Assembly (NCBI GenBank): GCA_964345885.1
Contig: CAYFSW010000091.1
Location: 25,485 to 89,484 of the forward strand
Reading direction: 5' to 3'
Origin: an uncultured Gemmatimonadota bacterium
Lineage (GTDB): Bacteria > Gemmatimonadota > Gemmatimonadetes > Palauibacterales > KS3-K002
Length of the DNA stretch: 64,000 bases
Position numbers and translations under genes: made by a program. Positions 46,961 to 56,717 of this stretch are shown here, piece by piece. The first letter of the stretch is position 1. Each line of letters begins with the position of its first letter. The notes beneath the pieces were generated by a model, which saw only the letters and a program-made list of their open reading frames with translations, did no database searches and had not been told where the DNA came from.

Positions 46961-48609
46961 GCGAGGAAAGATTCCAGCGAGCCGGGGAGGGCGAAGGGCC
47001 CGATGTGGGGTCCCGGGTTCTGGATCGCCGCTCTTAACGCCAGCGTCAGAGCGTCCCGCGTTTTCTCCGGCGTGATGACCGCATCCACCAACCCACGGGC
47101 GGCGGCGAAACGAGCGTCGAGCTGGTGCTCGTAGTCGGCGAGTGTCTTCTCCATCGCCTGCTGTGTCTCTGGGTCCAAATCGCGGCCTGCCTCCTCCGCC
47201 TCGTTGATCGCCCGGCCGTGAACGGCCTGCACCGCCGACTCACCCTCCATGACGCCCATGCGACCGGTGGGCCAGGAGAAGATGAAGTCGGGGTCAAAGC
47301 CCTGGCCCGCCATGGCGTAGTAGCCGGCACCGCTGGCGTGGTTGACTGTGAGAACGATCTTCGGCACCGTAGCAACCGACATCGCCTCCACCATGCGTGC
47401 GCCCGCCCGGATAATCCCCGAGTGCTCGGCGTCGGTGCCCACCATGAAGCCCGACACATCCTGAACGTAGAGCAGCGGCCTACGGTGCCGGTCGCACGTC
47501 TCTATGTAGTAGGCACACTTCTCGGCGCTCTCGGTGTAGATGATGCCGCCGAAACGAGGCGGCCCCGGACGATGGTCCCGCACGATCCCCCGGTCGTTGG
47601 CCAGGATGCCTACCGGAATACCGCTTATTCGCGCGTCGACGCAGATCATCTCGGACGCATGCTCGGGCTGGAACTCGGTCCACTCGCCTTCATCGACGAT
47701 GGTCTCCAGCGTGGCCCGCATGTCGTAGCCACCACGGTGATCATTGGGGAGCAGATCGTATGCCTCCTCGGGCGCTCGAACCGGTGGCCGCGGCTCCGCC
47801 AACGTTATGGGCATCCGGCCGCCGGGTGGCAGATCCGCGACGTAGCGGCGGATCGACTCGATGCAGGCCTCGTCGTTTTCCGGCTCGTAGTGGGCGACGG
47901 CCGAGATCTTGGTGTGCGTATCGGCGCCACCCAGCGTCTCGCCATCCACCGTCTGGCCTGTGGCACCTTTCACCAGATTGGGTCCGCCCAACCCCATGAA
48001 GCTGGTGCCTTTGACCATGAAGATGACGTCGGAGAGCGCCGGCAAGTAAGCGCCGCCGGCGATGCAGTTCCCCATCACCGCGGACACCTGTGGTACACGC
48101 AGGTACCGTCGCATCAGCGAGTTGTAGTAGAAGATCCGTGACGCCCCGTATTGACCCGGGAAGACGCCGCCCTGGTAAGGGAGATTGATGCCCGACGAGT
48201 CGACCAGATAGATGATCGGGATCCGGCACCGCATCGCCATCTCCTGGGCGCGGAGTATCTTGGGAATCGTCTCCGGCCACCAGGAGCCCGCTTTCACGGT
48301 GCCGTCATTGGCCACCACCACGACCTCGCGGCCCGAAACGACGCCATAGCCGGTGATCACGCCGGCTGCAGGGGCGTTGCCTTCGTATTGGTCGTAGGCG
48401 ACGAGCAGGCCGACTTCCTGAAAATAGGAACCCTCGTCAAAGAGCAGGTCGAGCCGCTCTCGAGCGGTGAGCTTGCCCTCCGAATGCTGCTTATCGACAT
48501 ACTTTGGGCCGCCACCCTGCCGCAGCTTTGCCTCGAGCTCGCCGAGCTCGTCCGCCAGGCGGCGCATGCGCGACCTCGTTTCCTCCGCCTTCGCAGCCTT
48601 CTTCCCCAT
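46957..48609 (-). CDS. Acyl-CoA carboxylase carboxyltransferase (beta) subunit
   Basis: Both CT half-domains: ...VANDGTVKAGSWWPE..., ...AVMGNCIAGGAYLPALSDVIFMV..., ...GGAYYAMAG... Confidence 0.9.
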   Translation of the reverse strand: MGKKAAKAEETRSRMRRLADELGELEAKLRQGGGPKYVDKQHSEGKLTARERLDLLFDEGSYFQEVGLLVAYDQYEGNAPAAGVITGYGVVSGREVVVVANDGTVKAGSWWPETIPKILRAQEMAMRCRIPIIYLVDSSGINLPYQGGVFPGQYGASRIFYYNSLMRRYLRVPQVSAVMGNCIAGGAYLPALSDVIFMVKGTSFMGLGGPNLVKGATGQTVDGETLGGADTHTKISAVAHYEPENDEACIESIRRYVADLPPGGRMPITLAEPRPPVRAPEEAYDLLPNDHRGGYDMRATLETIVDEGEWTEFQPEHASEMICVDARISGIPVGILANDRGIVRDHRPGPPRFGGIIYTESAEKCAYYIETCDRHRRPLLYVQDVSGFMVGTDAEHSGIIRAGARMVEAMSVATVPKIVLTVNHASGAGYYAMAGQGFDPDFIFSWPTGRMGVMEGESAVQAVHGRAINEAEEAGRDLDPETQQAMEKTLADYEHQLDARFAAARGLVDAVITPEKTRDALTLALRAAIQNPGPHIGPFALPGSLESFLA

Positions 48610-48645
48610 GCTGTACTCGCTATCAGGCGCTCAGCGCCGCTCGGA

Positions 48646-49068
48646 TCAACCCTCGTCCTCTCCGGCCCGGGTTTCCGCGAACCACTCACGGATGTATGCC
48701 ACGGCCTCCGAGGTAGGCGTGCCGGGACCGAAAAGTTTGCCCACCCCCATCTCTTGAAGCTTCTCCATATCCTCGGAAGGGATGATGCCGCCGCCCGTTA
48801 ACAGCACGTGATCGGCACCTTCCTCGCGCAGCAGGTTGAGGACCCTGGGGAATAGAGTCATGTGGGCCCCGGAGAGAATGGACAACGCCACCACATCGAC
48901 ATCCTCCTGGATTACCGCTTGAACGATCTGCTCGGGCGTCTGGTGCAAGCCCGTGTAGATGACCTCCATGCCGGCGTCGCGCAACGCCGCGGCCACGACC
49001 TTGGCACCGCGATCGTGACCATCGAGTCCGGGTTTGCCTATCAGCACGCGTATCTTACGTTCTGCCAT
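48646..49068 (-). CDS. Cobalamin (B12)-binding small subunit of a split methylmalonyl/isobutyryl-CoA mutase
   Basis: [36 protein letters not shown] is the DxHxxG B12-binding motif. The start is taken at MAERK; the track ORF is extended upstream. Confidence 0.8.
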   Translation of the reverse strand: MAERKIRVLIGKPGLDGHDRGAKVVAAALRDAGMEVIYTGLHQTPEQIVQAVIQEDVDVVALSILSGAHMTLFPRVLNLLREEGADHVLLTGGGIIPSEDMEKLQEMGVGKLFGPGTPTSEAVAYIREWFAETRAGEDEG

Positions 49069-49123
49069 AGCGTTGCGAGGTGTAGGGTCAGTCGAGACTC
49101 GCGACCGAAAAATACCCGCGGCC

Positions 49124-50110
49124 TCAGAACCCGGCAACCTTGGGGAGCGCCGATCGCAGACTCTGGGCCGCGCTCTCGGGCGCCGTCGTCAAGATCCGCA
49201 CCCCGATCCCCATCTCGAAACCCGCACTCACCGCACAGCGTGGGATGATCTGCAGGTACCAAGGCAGCAGGCGTTCGGTCGCGCCCTCCAGCGGCGCCGT
49301 GTGGAGAATCAAGTTGTAGTCCGGGTCTCCCAAAGCGATCGCGAGCAGACGGGTGGCCCGCCGCAAGGCGTCTCCCAACTCCCGCAGGTCCTGGTCGTCG
49401 ACCCGGTCGAAGCGCGGCGGCAGCTGGCGCGGCACGATCCAAATCTCGTGGTCGTGTGCGGCAGCGAAGGGCACGAAGGTGGCCAGCCGCTCAGTCGCCT
49501 TGAGCAGCCTCGCGCCGTCCTCCACCTCCGCCTTCGCCATCTCGAGGAGCAGTACCGCCCCGCACTCGGCCTCATGTTTTCTAGAACGCTCGAGAACCTG
49601 GGCGACGAAGGGCGGTACGAACGGAAGGCCGGCTAACTGGGAATGTGGGTGGGGCAGCGACGCGTGGGCCAGCCGGCCCTGATTGCGGAAGATCACAACA
49701 TGTTCGACCCGTGGATCGGCGGCCGCCGACGCGAACCGCTCACGGACCGCCTGCAGCACTCCCAGCATTTCGTCCGAGCCGAATCCCGTGAGGTCCGCGT
49801 CGTGGACCGGGGTCTCGACAATTACCTCGTGCCTGCCCACCGCGGGCTCGACCGGGAACGCACCGGGCTCGCCAACCGCCGCCGGCATCTCCTCCAGCAG
49901 CACCGGGTACTTGTTGCACACGACCCGCACGCGCCAGCCCGGCCCGTCTCCCGCCGGTTCACGAGCAGGAAGTCGAAAGAGCTCCTCCGTCGTCTGCGCC
50001 TCGTTTCCCGGACAGAACGGACAGCCGGGGTCGAACGGTCGAGATCTCTTATGTCCCCGCGGCATCTCTGAGGGGCGGGGACGCTCCGCCCTTCCGGGCG
50101 CGACGATCAC
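49124..50110 (-). CDS. GalT-like HIT-family nucleotidyltransferase (galactose-1-phosphate uridylyltransferase family)
   Basis: [11 protein letters not shown] (Zn-binding CxxC) and HPHSQ (HxHxQ nucleotidyl-His motif). The N-terminal [10 protein letters not shown] resembles the GalT ILVSPHRAKRPW. GTG start. Confidence 0.7.
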   Translation of the reverse strand: MIVAPGRAERPRPSEMPRGHKRSRPFDPGCPFCPGNEAQTTEELFRLPAREPAGDGPGWRVRVVCNKYPVLLEEMPAAVGEPGAFPVEPAVGRHEVIVETPVHDADLTGFGSDEMLGVLQAVRERFASAAADPRVEHVVIFRNQGRLAHASLPHPHSQLAGLPFVPPFVAQVLERSRKHEAECGAVLLLEMAKAEVEDGARLLKATERLATFVPFAAAHDHEIWIVPRQLPPRFDRVDDQDLRELGDALRRATRLLAIALGDPDYNLILHTAPLEGATERLLPWYLQIIPRCAVSAGFEMGIGVRILTTAPESAAQSLRSALPKVAGF

Positions 50111-50147
50111 GCGCTCGCCGGTCAGGGCGTTCGTGCGGACGTGGGGT

Positions 50148-50225
50148 TGGTCGGTAGCCAGTGGTCGGTGGCCGGTAGTCGGTGAACGCTCAACGTTCGA
50201 TGTCCGATGTCCAATGTTCTATGTT
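50148..50225. repeat. CGGT-heptad array followed by a 7-mer tandem (cgatgtcc gatgtcc aatgttc tatgttc)
   Basis: ggtCGGTagccagtggtCGGTggcCGGTagtCGGTg, then a 4x heptamer repeat at 50197-50225. Confidence 0.5.
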
Positions 50226-50235
50226 CAGTACGTCA

Positions 50236-51963
50236 TCAGAAGAACAGCGGCTCCCTGAACCTCCCGTATATCTTCTCCAGCGCGTGCCTGATCTCACCCA
50301 GCGTGGCATAGGCGCGAACCGCGTCCAGCATCGGGTCCATCAGGTTCTCGTCGTTCACCGCCGCCTCGGCCAGACGCTCGAGTGCCCGATCGACCTCCGG
50401 CTGACTGCGCCGCGCCCGCAGCTCGCTCAGCCGCAATCGCTGTTTCTCCTCGATCTCGGGACCGATCTTCAAGAGATCGATGGAGAGTTCCTCGTTGCCG
50501 CCGGTGAAATCGTTCACGCCGACTACGATGCGCTGATTGGTTTCGACCTCGTGCTGGAAGCGCTCCGCCGATAGGGCGATTTGCCCCTGGAAGTAACCCT
50601 CTTCTATGCCCTTCACCACACCGCCCATCTCATCGATCTCAGCGAAGATGCGCTCCGCATCCTCCTCCATCCTGTCGGTCAACCACTCGACGTAGTACGA
50701 GCCGGCCAACGGATCGATCGTGTTCGGCACACCCGTCTCGTAGGCCAGTATCTGCTGGGTTCGTAGCGCGATACGGACCGCCTTTTCCGTGGGTAGCGCC
50801 AGCGTTTCGTCCAGAGCGTTGGTGTGCAGCGACTGCGTGCCGCCCAGCACAGCCGCCAGCCCCTGGTAGGCCACACGCGCGATGTTGTTTTCCGGCTGCT
50901 GCGCCATCAGCGACACACCCGCGGTCTGCGCGTGGGTGCGGAGCCGCCAGCTGTCGGGGCTGGTTGCCCCGTAGACGTCCTTCAGGTGGCGCGCCCAAAT
51001 GCGGCGCGCGGCGCGGAACTTGGCGATCTCCTCGAAGAAGTCGTTGTGGACGTCCCAGAAGAAGGAGAGCCTGGGCGCGAACTCGTCCACGTCGAGGCCG
51101 CGCTCGATCCCCTTCTCCACGTAGGTGAACCCGTTCTTCAGCGTGTAGGCAAGCTCCTGCACGGCGGTGGATCCCGCCTCACGGATGTGGTAACCGCTGA
51201 TCGAGATCGTATTGAACTTCGGCGCATTGACCGACGACCAGTCGAAGATGTCGGCGATGATCTTGAGCGCCGGCTCCGGCGGAAAGATCCAGGCGTGCTG
51301 CGCCATGTACTCCTTCAGGATGTCGTTCTGGATGGTTCCCCGAAGTTCCTTCAGGTCGACACCCTGCTTCTCCGCCGTCGCCAGTAGGAAGCAGTAGAGC
51401 ATCATCGCCGGGCCGTTGATGGTCATGGAGACGGAGACGTCTTTCAGCGGGATGCCGTCGAACAGTGTCTCCATGTCGGCCAAGCTCGAGATCGCCACGC
51501 CGCAGACACCGACCTCGCCTTCCGAGCGCGGATCGTCGGAATCGTATCCCATGAGCGTGGGGAAGTCGAAAGCCACCGACAGCCCGGTCTGGCCGTGATC
51601 GAGGAGGTACTTGTAGCGCAGGTTGGTTTCTTCCGACGTGCCGAACCCTGAGAACTGGCGCATCGTCCAGAGCCTGGTTCGGTACATCGTCGTGTAGGGA
51701 CCCCGAGTGAACGGGTACTCGCCGGGGAAGCCCAGCTTGTCGGCGTACTCCGGGTCGTAGGCGCCCGTGTCAAATGGCGTGTAGAGCGGTTGGACCTCGG
51801 ACCCCGAGAGGGTGTCGAAGAGGACGTCTTCCCGCTTCGGCATCGACTTGTACTTACCCAGCCAGGCGGCACGCTCGCGCCGCAACCTCTCGAGCTCCGC
51901 CTTCAACTCCTGATTCTCAGCACTGAGCTCATCAAGGGACAGTTTCTTCTTCTTCTCAGCCAT
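50236..51963 (-). CDS. Methylmalonyl-CoA mutase-family large (catalytic, TIM-barrel) subunit
   Basis: ...FTRGPYTTMYRTRLWTMRQFSGFGTSEETNLRYKYLLDHGQTGLSVAFDFPTLMGYDSD... is the conserved MCM substrate-binding barrel. It has no B12-binding domain, consistent with the separate small subunit. Confidence 0.9.
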   Translation of the reverse strand: MAEKKKKLSLDELSAENQELKAELERLRRERAAWLGKYKSMPKREDVLFDTLSGSEVQPLYTPFDTGAYDPEYADKLGFPGEYPFTRGPYTTMYRTRLWTMRQFSGFGTSEETNLRYKYLLDHGQTGLSVAFDFPTLMGYDSDDPRSEGEVGVCGVAISSLADMETLFDGIPLKDVSVSMTINGPAMMLYCFLLATAEKQGVDLKELRGTIQNDILKEYMAQHAWIFPPEPALKIIADIFDWSSVNAPKFNTISISGYHIREAGSTAVQELAYTLKNGFTYVEKGIERGLDVDEFAPRLSFFWDVHNDFFEEIAKFRAARRIWARHLKDVYGATSPDSWRLRTHAQTAGVSLMAQQPENNIARVAYQGLAAVLGGTQSLHTNALDETLALPTEKAVRIALRTQQILAYETGVPNTIDPLAGSYYVEWLTDRMEEDAERIFAEIDEMGGVVKGIEEGYFQGQIALSAERFQHEVETNQRIVVGVNDFTGGNEELSIDLLKIGPEIEEKQRLRLSELRARRSQPEVDRALERLAEAAVNDENLMDPMLDAVRAYATLGEIRHALEKIYGRFREPLFF

Positions 51964-52003
51964 ACCCTAGCCAGTTTAGTGAAGTCGTGTCACCGCCCAC
52001 CGC

Positions 52004-53095
52004 CTACCGCTCACCGCCCACCGTTCGAAGTATCTCCGCCGCCACATCGTACGGGCTCCGGCTCCCCGATTCCAGGTCGGCACGGGCGCGCTTGAGGATC
52101 GCTTCACCTTCGCCATCTCGCCAGACCTGGGTCCTGAGGCCGCGGTCGACGACCGCACGGACCCGCTCCAACAGGCGTCTGGCGCGGCGCTCCGCCAGTT
52201 CACCCGTCTCCTTCAGGATCGCGTAATGACTCTCCAGCGTCTCCAGTAGCTCCGGGACCCCTTCGCCGTCGTGGGCTCTGGTAAGCAGCACCGGGATCTC
52301 CCAGGGCTGCGGATCGTCCGGTCGCTCCTCGGTCGCCTCGCTGGCTGCGCCACCCACCTGCTCCCGGTCCGCCCGACGCTTCGCCAGCGCTGTGAGGTCG
52401 ACACCGTGGTGGGCCGGCACCCGATCGTAGACCTGCCCCTGGCGGAGACGGAGTATGGTCTTGAGTTCACCGGCCGCGCGCGCCGCTTCGGGTCGGTCGG
52501 CTTTGTTGACGACGAAGATATCGGCGATCTCCATCAGGCCGGCCTTCATCGCCTGGATCGAGTCACCCGACTCGGGCGTCAAGACCACGACGGTCGTATC
52601 CGCCGCTTCGGCTATCTCGAGCTCCGACTGGCCGACGCCGACGGTCTCGACGACGACGCGCTCGAAGCCGAAGGCGTCCATCAGATCGGCGACCTCGCGG
52701 GTCGTCGTCGCCAAGCCGCCCTGCGACCCTCTGCTCGCCATCGACCGGATGAACACGCCGTCATCGCCGGCCGTTCCGGTCATGCGTATCCGATCACCCA
52801 GCAGAGCGCCGCCGGTGAACGGCGACGTGGGATCCACAGCTACGACTCCGACTCGCTCGCCGTCCTTCCGCACGACCTTGGCGAGACCGTAGATGAGTGT
52901 GGATTTCCCCGCCCCGGGCGGCCCGGTGATGCCTATCCGGTGCGCACGGCCGACCCGATTGTGTAGCGCGCTCAGCAGTCGCTCGAACCCGGGCCGACCG
53001 TTCTCCACCCACGAAATAGCCCGGGCCAGAGCCCGGGCTTCGCCCGCCTCGAACGCCTCCAGCAGCTCTCGTTCGCTGGACTTGAGATCGTTCAC
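52004..53095 (-). CDS. meaB: Methylmalonyl-CoA mutase-associated G-protein chaperone MeaB/ArgK
   Basis: GITGPPGAGKSTLI (P-loop) and VVNKADR (NKxD) in a MeaB-family context. Confidence 0.9.
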   Translation of the reverse strand: MNDLKSSERELLEAFEAGEARALARAISWVENGRPGFERLLSALHNRVGRAHRIGITGPPGAGKSTLIYGLAKVVRKDGERVGVVAVDPTSPFTGGALLGDRIRMTGTAGDDGVFIRSMASRGSQGGLATTTREVADLMDAFGFERVVVETVGVGQSELEIAEAADTTVVVLTPESGDSIQAMKAGLMEIADIFVVNKADRPEAARAAGELKTILRLRQGQVYDRVPAHHGVDLTALAKRRADREQVGGAASEATEERPDDPQPWEIPVLLTRAHDGEGVPELLETLESHYAILKETGELAERRARRLLERVRAVVDRGLRTQVWRDGEGEAILKRARADLESGSRSPYDVAAEILRTVGGER

Positions 53096-53218
53096 CTCAA
53101 CCCCGACTCTAAGTACCTCTCGAAGATAATCGATCTCCGCGCCCTCTTACAGCCCTGGGAGGCGCGGCACGGGGCGCAGTCGCGCCAGCCTCTGCCGACC
53201 TCTGGGTCAGGTCGCGGC

Positions 53219-53992
53219 TCAGTTCCCAGCCCAAGGGGGATCGTGTAGCCAGAGCGGTCGGTTATAGTTGGGGCCGCAGGGACCCGCCCAGGGATCGGCG
53301 AGCTGGTAGTACCCGCTCCCCCATACCTCGAAGTGGAGGTGAGGGCCCCCCGAGTTACCGGCGCTGCCGACCTCCCCGATCTTCTGCCCGGCCTGTACGG
53401 GGTCCCCCGGTGAGACCAGGATCGAGTTTCGCTTGAAGTGATCGTAGCGCGTGGCGAAGACGCCGCTTATCCCGGAGTGCCTGATGACCACGACGTTGCC
53501 GCCAGCGAAGCACCAGAAGCAACAACAGCTCCCGATACCGCAGTAGTCACCCAAGGGTGTGCATACCCTGTAGCCAGAATTGTCACCGGGATCGGGATCG
53601 CCGCCAGGGTCCTGGCAGTCAGGCTCGGTGGGATCCGGGCATCGATCGTACTTGCCGTCGAACACCCAAAGGACCTCACCATCGGCAGCCGCGAGGACCG
53701 ACACTCCGTCGTCCATCTGTCCCCACGTTACACCGATGTCTGTGCCTTGGTGGCCCGTGTAACCCGCCGCGCCGCAGTCAAAAGCCTTGCCATCCCCATC
53801 GATATCCGGATAGCCGATGCTCGCCGAACAGGTCTGGCCGGGAACACAGTCGATAGGCCACACAAGCGGACCGGCCACGTAGCCGTTCTCCTCCTCGTTC
53901 TCGACCTCGGCTGGCGCACCACCGCCACCACACGACGAGCCGACGAGCGCGAATCCCAGCACAGCGATCGCGATTGGATTGCCCCGATACAT
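53219..53992 (-). CDS. M23-family (LytM-like) metallopeptidase lipoprotein
   Basis: A start at MYRGN with a GGAGG RBS. Lipobox LVGSSC. HQGTDI...HLHFEV are the M23 Zn ligands. The longer track ORF (to 54304) is an unsupported extension. Confidence 0.75.
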   Translation of the reverse strand: MYRGNPIAIAVLGFALVGSSCGGGGAPAEVENEEENGYVAGPLVWPIDCVPGQTCSASIGYPDIDGDGKAFDCGAAGYTGHQGTDIGVTWGQMDDGVSVLAAADGEVLWVFDGKYDRCPDPTEPDCQDPGGDPDPGDNSGYRVCTPLGDYCGIGSCCCFWCFAGGNVVVIRHSGISGVFATRYDHFKRNSILVSPGDPVQAGQKIGEVGSAGNSGGPHLHFEVWGSGYYQLADPWAGPCGPNYNRPLWLHDPPWAGN

Positions 53993-54129
53993 AGCTACCT
54001 CCAGAATCGGGTTCACCACTCCCTTTACGTTGCGACGGAGTGCCAGTCGATCGCAACGGATATGGAGAAGACGGCCCGAGCTGCAACCCCGCCGGGTCGC
54101 CGTGACACGTTGCCGCTTGAGAGTCCTGG

Positions 54130-55512
54130 TCAGAGGTGCGGCAGCAGAATCCAGCTGGCGAGACCGAGCAGCAGAAAGAAACCGAAGATGTCCGTGAGCG
54201 CGGTGAAGAAGACGGAGGATGCCACGGCCGGATCGACGCCCAGCCTTTCGAGCAGCACCGGGACGAAGGCGCCGGCGAAGCCGGCCACCATCAGATTGCC
54301 CCACATGGCCAGCAGTACCACGAGGCCGAGATACAGATTCCCCTGCAGCCCGTAGCCTACTATCCCCGCCAGGAGGCCGACGGCTGCGCCGTTCGCCAAA
54401 CCCACGGCCAGCTCCTTCGACACCACGCCCCAGGTGCGCGCCCGTTCCGGCGATAGCGCCAAGCGGCGGACCGTGACCGCCAGCGCCTGGGTGCCCGCGT
54501 TGCCGCCGACCGCCGCGATCACCGGCATTATCGCGGCGAGGATGACCGCACGCTCAACGGTGTCACGGAATATCCAGATGACCGCCGCTGCGATCGACGT
54601 CGTCACCAGCGCGAGTGCGAGCCAGGGCAAACGGTTCTTCACCGACTGGCCAACGCCGCCATACAAGTACTCCTCGTCCGAAACACCGGAGAAGCGCAGT
54701 ATGTCTTCGGTGGTCTCGGCCTCGACGATGTCCATCACATCATCGAAGGTGACGCGGCCGATGAGGCGATCGGCTGGATCGATAACTGGAACCGAGACCA
54801 GGTTGTAGCGGGACATCACGCGTGCCACCTCTTCCTGGTCCATAGTCGCCGGTACCGCTGCCACAGTCGGCTCGGTCACGCGGCTTATCGGGGTCCCCGG
54901 CTGCGAGACGATGAGATTCTGGAATGAAACCGTTCCCTTTAACCTGCCACCACCATCGACGACGAAGACCGTGTAGTAGTCCTCACCCACGCCGACCTGG
55001 CGGCGGATCTCGGCGACCGCTTCACTGATCGAGGCGCTCTCCAGCACCGCGATCACGTCGGTCGTCATTATGCCGCCGGCCGACTCCTCGTCGTAGGCCA
55101 GCAGCCCCCGCAGCTCCTCGGCCTCATCCAGCGGCAGCTGCGCCAACACCTCGCGTTGCTTCTCGAGCGGTAGGTCGCCGATGATGTCGGCTGCGTCGTC
55201 GGCTGAGAGCTCGAGCACCAGCTCGGGGACTCGGTCGGCTTCAGCTATAAGCAGCTCTTCCGGGTGCTCCTCTTCCTCCATCTCGGCCAGTGTCTCGGAG
55301 GCGAGCTCGTCAGGGAGGACATGCAGGACGGGTGCGCGCTGCTCTTCGTCGAGTGATTCGATGAGGTCAGCGAGATCGCTGGGATGGAAGGCCTCCAGGT
55401 AAATGCGGAGGGCCTCTTCCTCGCCCGCTTCCAGGAGCTGGCGGACCCGCTCGACGTCCGCTTCCGGCGCCTGCGGGTCACTAACCCTGGCGTTGCCCTC
55501 TCGACTAGACAT
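54130..55512 (-). CDS. mgtE: Magnesium transporter MgtE
   Basis: N-domain, tandem CBS domains, and a C-terminal 5-TM MgtE domain (...AIMPVIAAVGGNAGTQ...). Confidence 0.9.
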   Translation of the reverse strand: MSSREGNARVSDPQAPEADVERVRQLLEAGEEEALRIYLEAFHPSDLADLIESLDEEQRAPVLHVLPDELASETLAEMEEEEHPEELLIAEADRVPELVLELSADDAADIIGDLPLEKQREVLAQLPLDEAEELRGLLAYDEESAGGIMTTDVIAVLESASISEAVAEIRRQVGVGEDYYTVFVVDGGGRLKGTVSFQNLIVSQPGTPISRVTEPTVAAVPATMDQEEVARVMSRYNLVSVPVIDPADRLIGRVTFDDVMDIVEAETTEDILRFSGVSDEEYLYGGVGQSVKNRLPWLALALVTTSIAAAVIWIFRDTVERAVILAAIMPVIAAVGGNAGTQALAVTVRRLALSPERARTWGVVSKELAVGLANGAAVGLLAGIVGYGLQGNLYLGLVVLLAMWGNLMVAGFAGAFVPVLLERLGVDPAVASSVFFTALTDIFGFFLLLGLASWILLPHL

Positions 55513-56134
55513 CTCTCGCGCCCAGCCGCTGTGCCAGCTCCGGGGTTACCGCGCCAGCCGAGACCACGAGCTTGAAGCCTTCCTCAACGCTCATGTCGAG
55601 GCGCCGCACGTGAGTGCGCGGCAGGAACACGATGTAACCCGAAGTCGGGTTGGGGGTAGTGGGCAGGAATATCGACACCGAATCCGCCTGCACGGTATCA
55701 CTGATCTCCTCGGCCGCCTCGCTGGTGAGGAAGCCGATCGCCCAACAGCCGGGGCGTGGATACTCCACCAGCACGCATGCCTTGAAGAACTTGCGATCTT
55801 CTCCCACGATCTGCTCGACGATCTGACTCGCCGCGCTATAAATCGTGCGCGTGAGCGGAAACTTCTTCAGCCAGTTGCGACCCAGCGTGATGAACTCACG
55901 CCCCACCGCCTGATGAGCCGCCCAGCCGACAGCGACCACGATAGCGACCAGCACAACGAGACCCAGGCCGGGGATCCGGATCCCGATCACGTTGAACAGA
56001 CGACCCAAGATCCTGTCCAGGTTGGCGAAGATCCACCAGAGCACGTACGCCGTCACGCCAACCGGCGCGATCACGACGATGCCGGTCAGAAAGTAGCGCC
56101 TGGTCAGTTGAAAGAGCGTCTTGTCTTTTGCCAT
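55505..56134 (-). CDS. DUF502-family membrane protein
   Basis: Two N-terminal TM helices plus a conserved ...YPRPGCWAIGFLT...GYIVFLP core. Confidence 0.75.
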   Translation of the reverse strand: MAKDKTLFQLTRRYFLTGIVVIAPVGVTAYVLWWIFANLDRILGRLFNVIGIRIPGLGLVVLVAIVVAVGWAAHQAVGREFITLGRNWLKKFPLTRTIYSAASQIVEQIVGEDRKFFKACVLVEYPRPGCWAIGFLTSEAAEEISDTVQADSVSIFLPTTPNPTSGYIVFLPRTHVRRLDMSVEEGFKLVVSAGAVTPELAQRLGARDV

Positions 56135-56175
56135 AGCGATTCACCCGGCCTAACTGTATCCCGATCCGGGCCTCT

Positions 56176-56205
56176 CGTCTACAGTAGCATGAGCGTTAGT
56201 AGCAT
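56176..56205. repeat. Perfect 2x15-bp tandem direct repeat (agtagcatgagcgtt)
   Basis: Seen directly, in the 5' region of the DUF502 gene and the 3' region of ybeY. Confidence 0.6.
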
Positions 56206-56282
56206 GAGCGTTGGACGTCGGGCGTCGGTTACTGAGCTTCTAGCCGGGAGTAGCGGGTCGGTTGTCTGCTCTCGGATGTTGA

Positions 56283-56717
56283 CTACAATACCCGGGACAG
56301 GATCTCTTCTTGACGCCGGAACATCTCGCTCTCCATGCGCTCCGGCCCTTCCGGGTGGTCGTGGCCGAGGACATGCAGTACTCCGTGCACCACCAGGCGC
56401 AACAGCTCCTCCCGCAGCTCGACCCCGTACTCCCTGGCCGATTCCTCCGCCACAGCAGGGCAGATGTACACGTCACCCAGCGGATCCGCCTCCTCTGCCA
56501 GATTGAAAGCGATCACGTCGGCGGGACGCGTGCGCCCCAGGTGAGCCGCGCCGAGGGCTGCCATGCCGTCCGCATCGAGGAAGGTGACAGAGATCTCACC
56601 GCCTTCCACACCTTCGGCCGCCGCTGTTACCATCACCGCCCGCTCCACATCAGCCGCCTCGAGAACCGAGACTGCCTCCAACCTGTTGGCGTGGATAACG
56701 AGGCCGGTCGGTGTCAC
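56283..56717 (-). CDS. ybeY: Endoribonuclease YbeY (rRNA maturation factor)
   Basis: HGVLHVLGHDH is the H3xH5xH zinc motif. Confidence 0.85.
   Translation of the reverse strand: MTPTGLVIHANRLEAVSVLEAADVERAVMVTAAAEGVEGGEISVTFLDADGMAALGAAHLGRTRPADVIAFNLAEEADPLGDVYICPAVAEESAREYGVELREELLRLVVHGVLHVLGHDHPEGPERMESEMFRRQEEILSRVL

Noticed and set aside
53993-54304. N-terminal extension of the M23 peptidase ORF
   Set aside because: The Arg-rich extension overlaps the mgtE 3' end. The ATG at 53992 has a GGAGG RBS and begins a lipoprotein signal.
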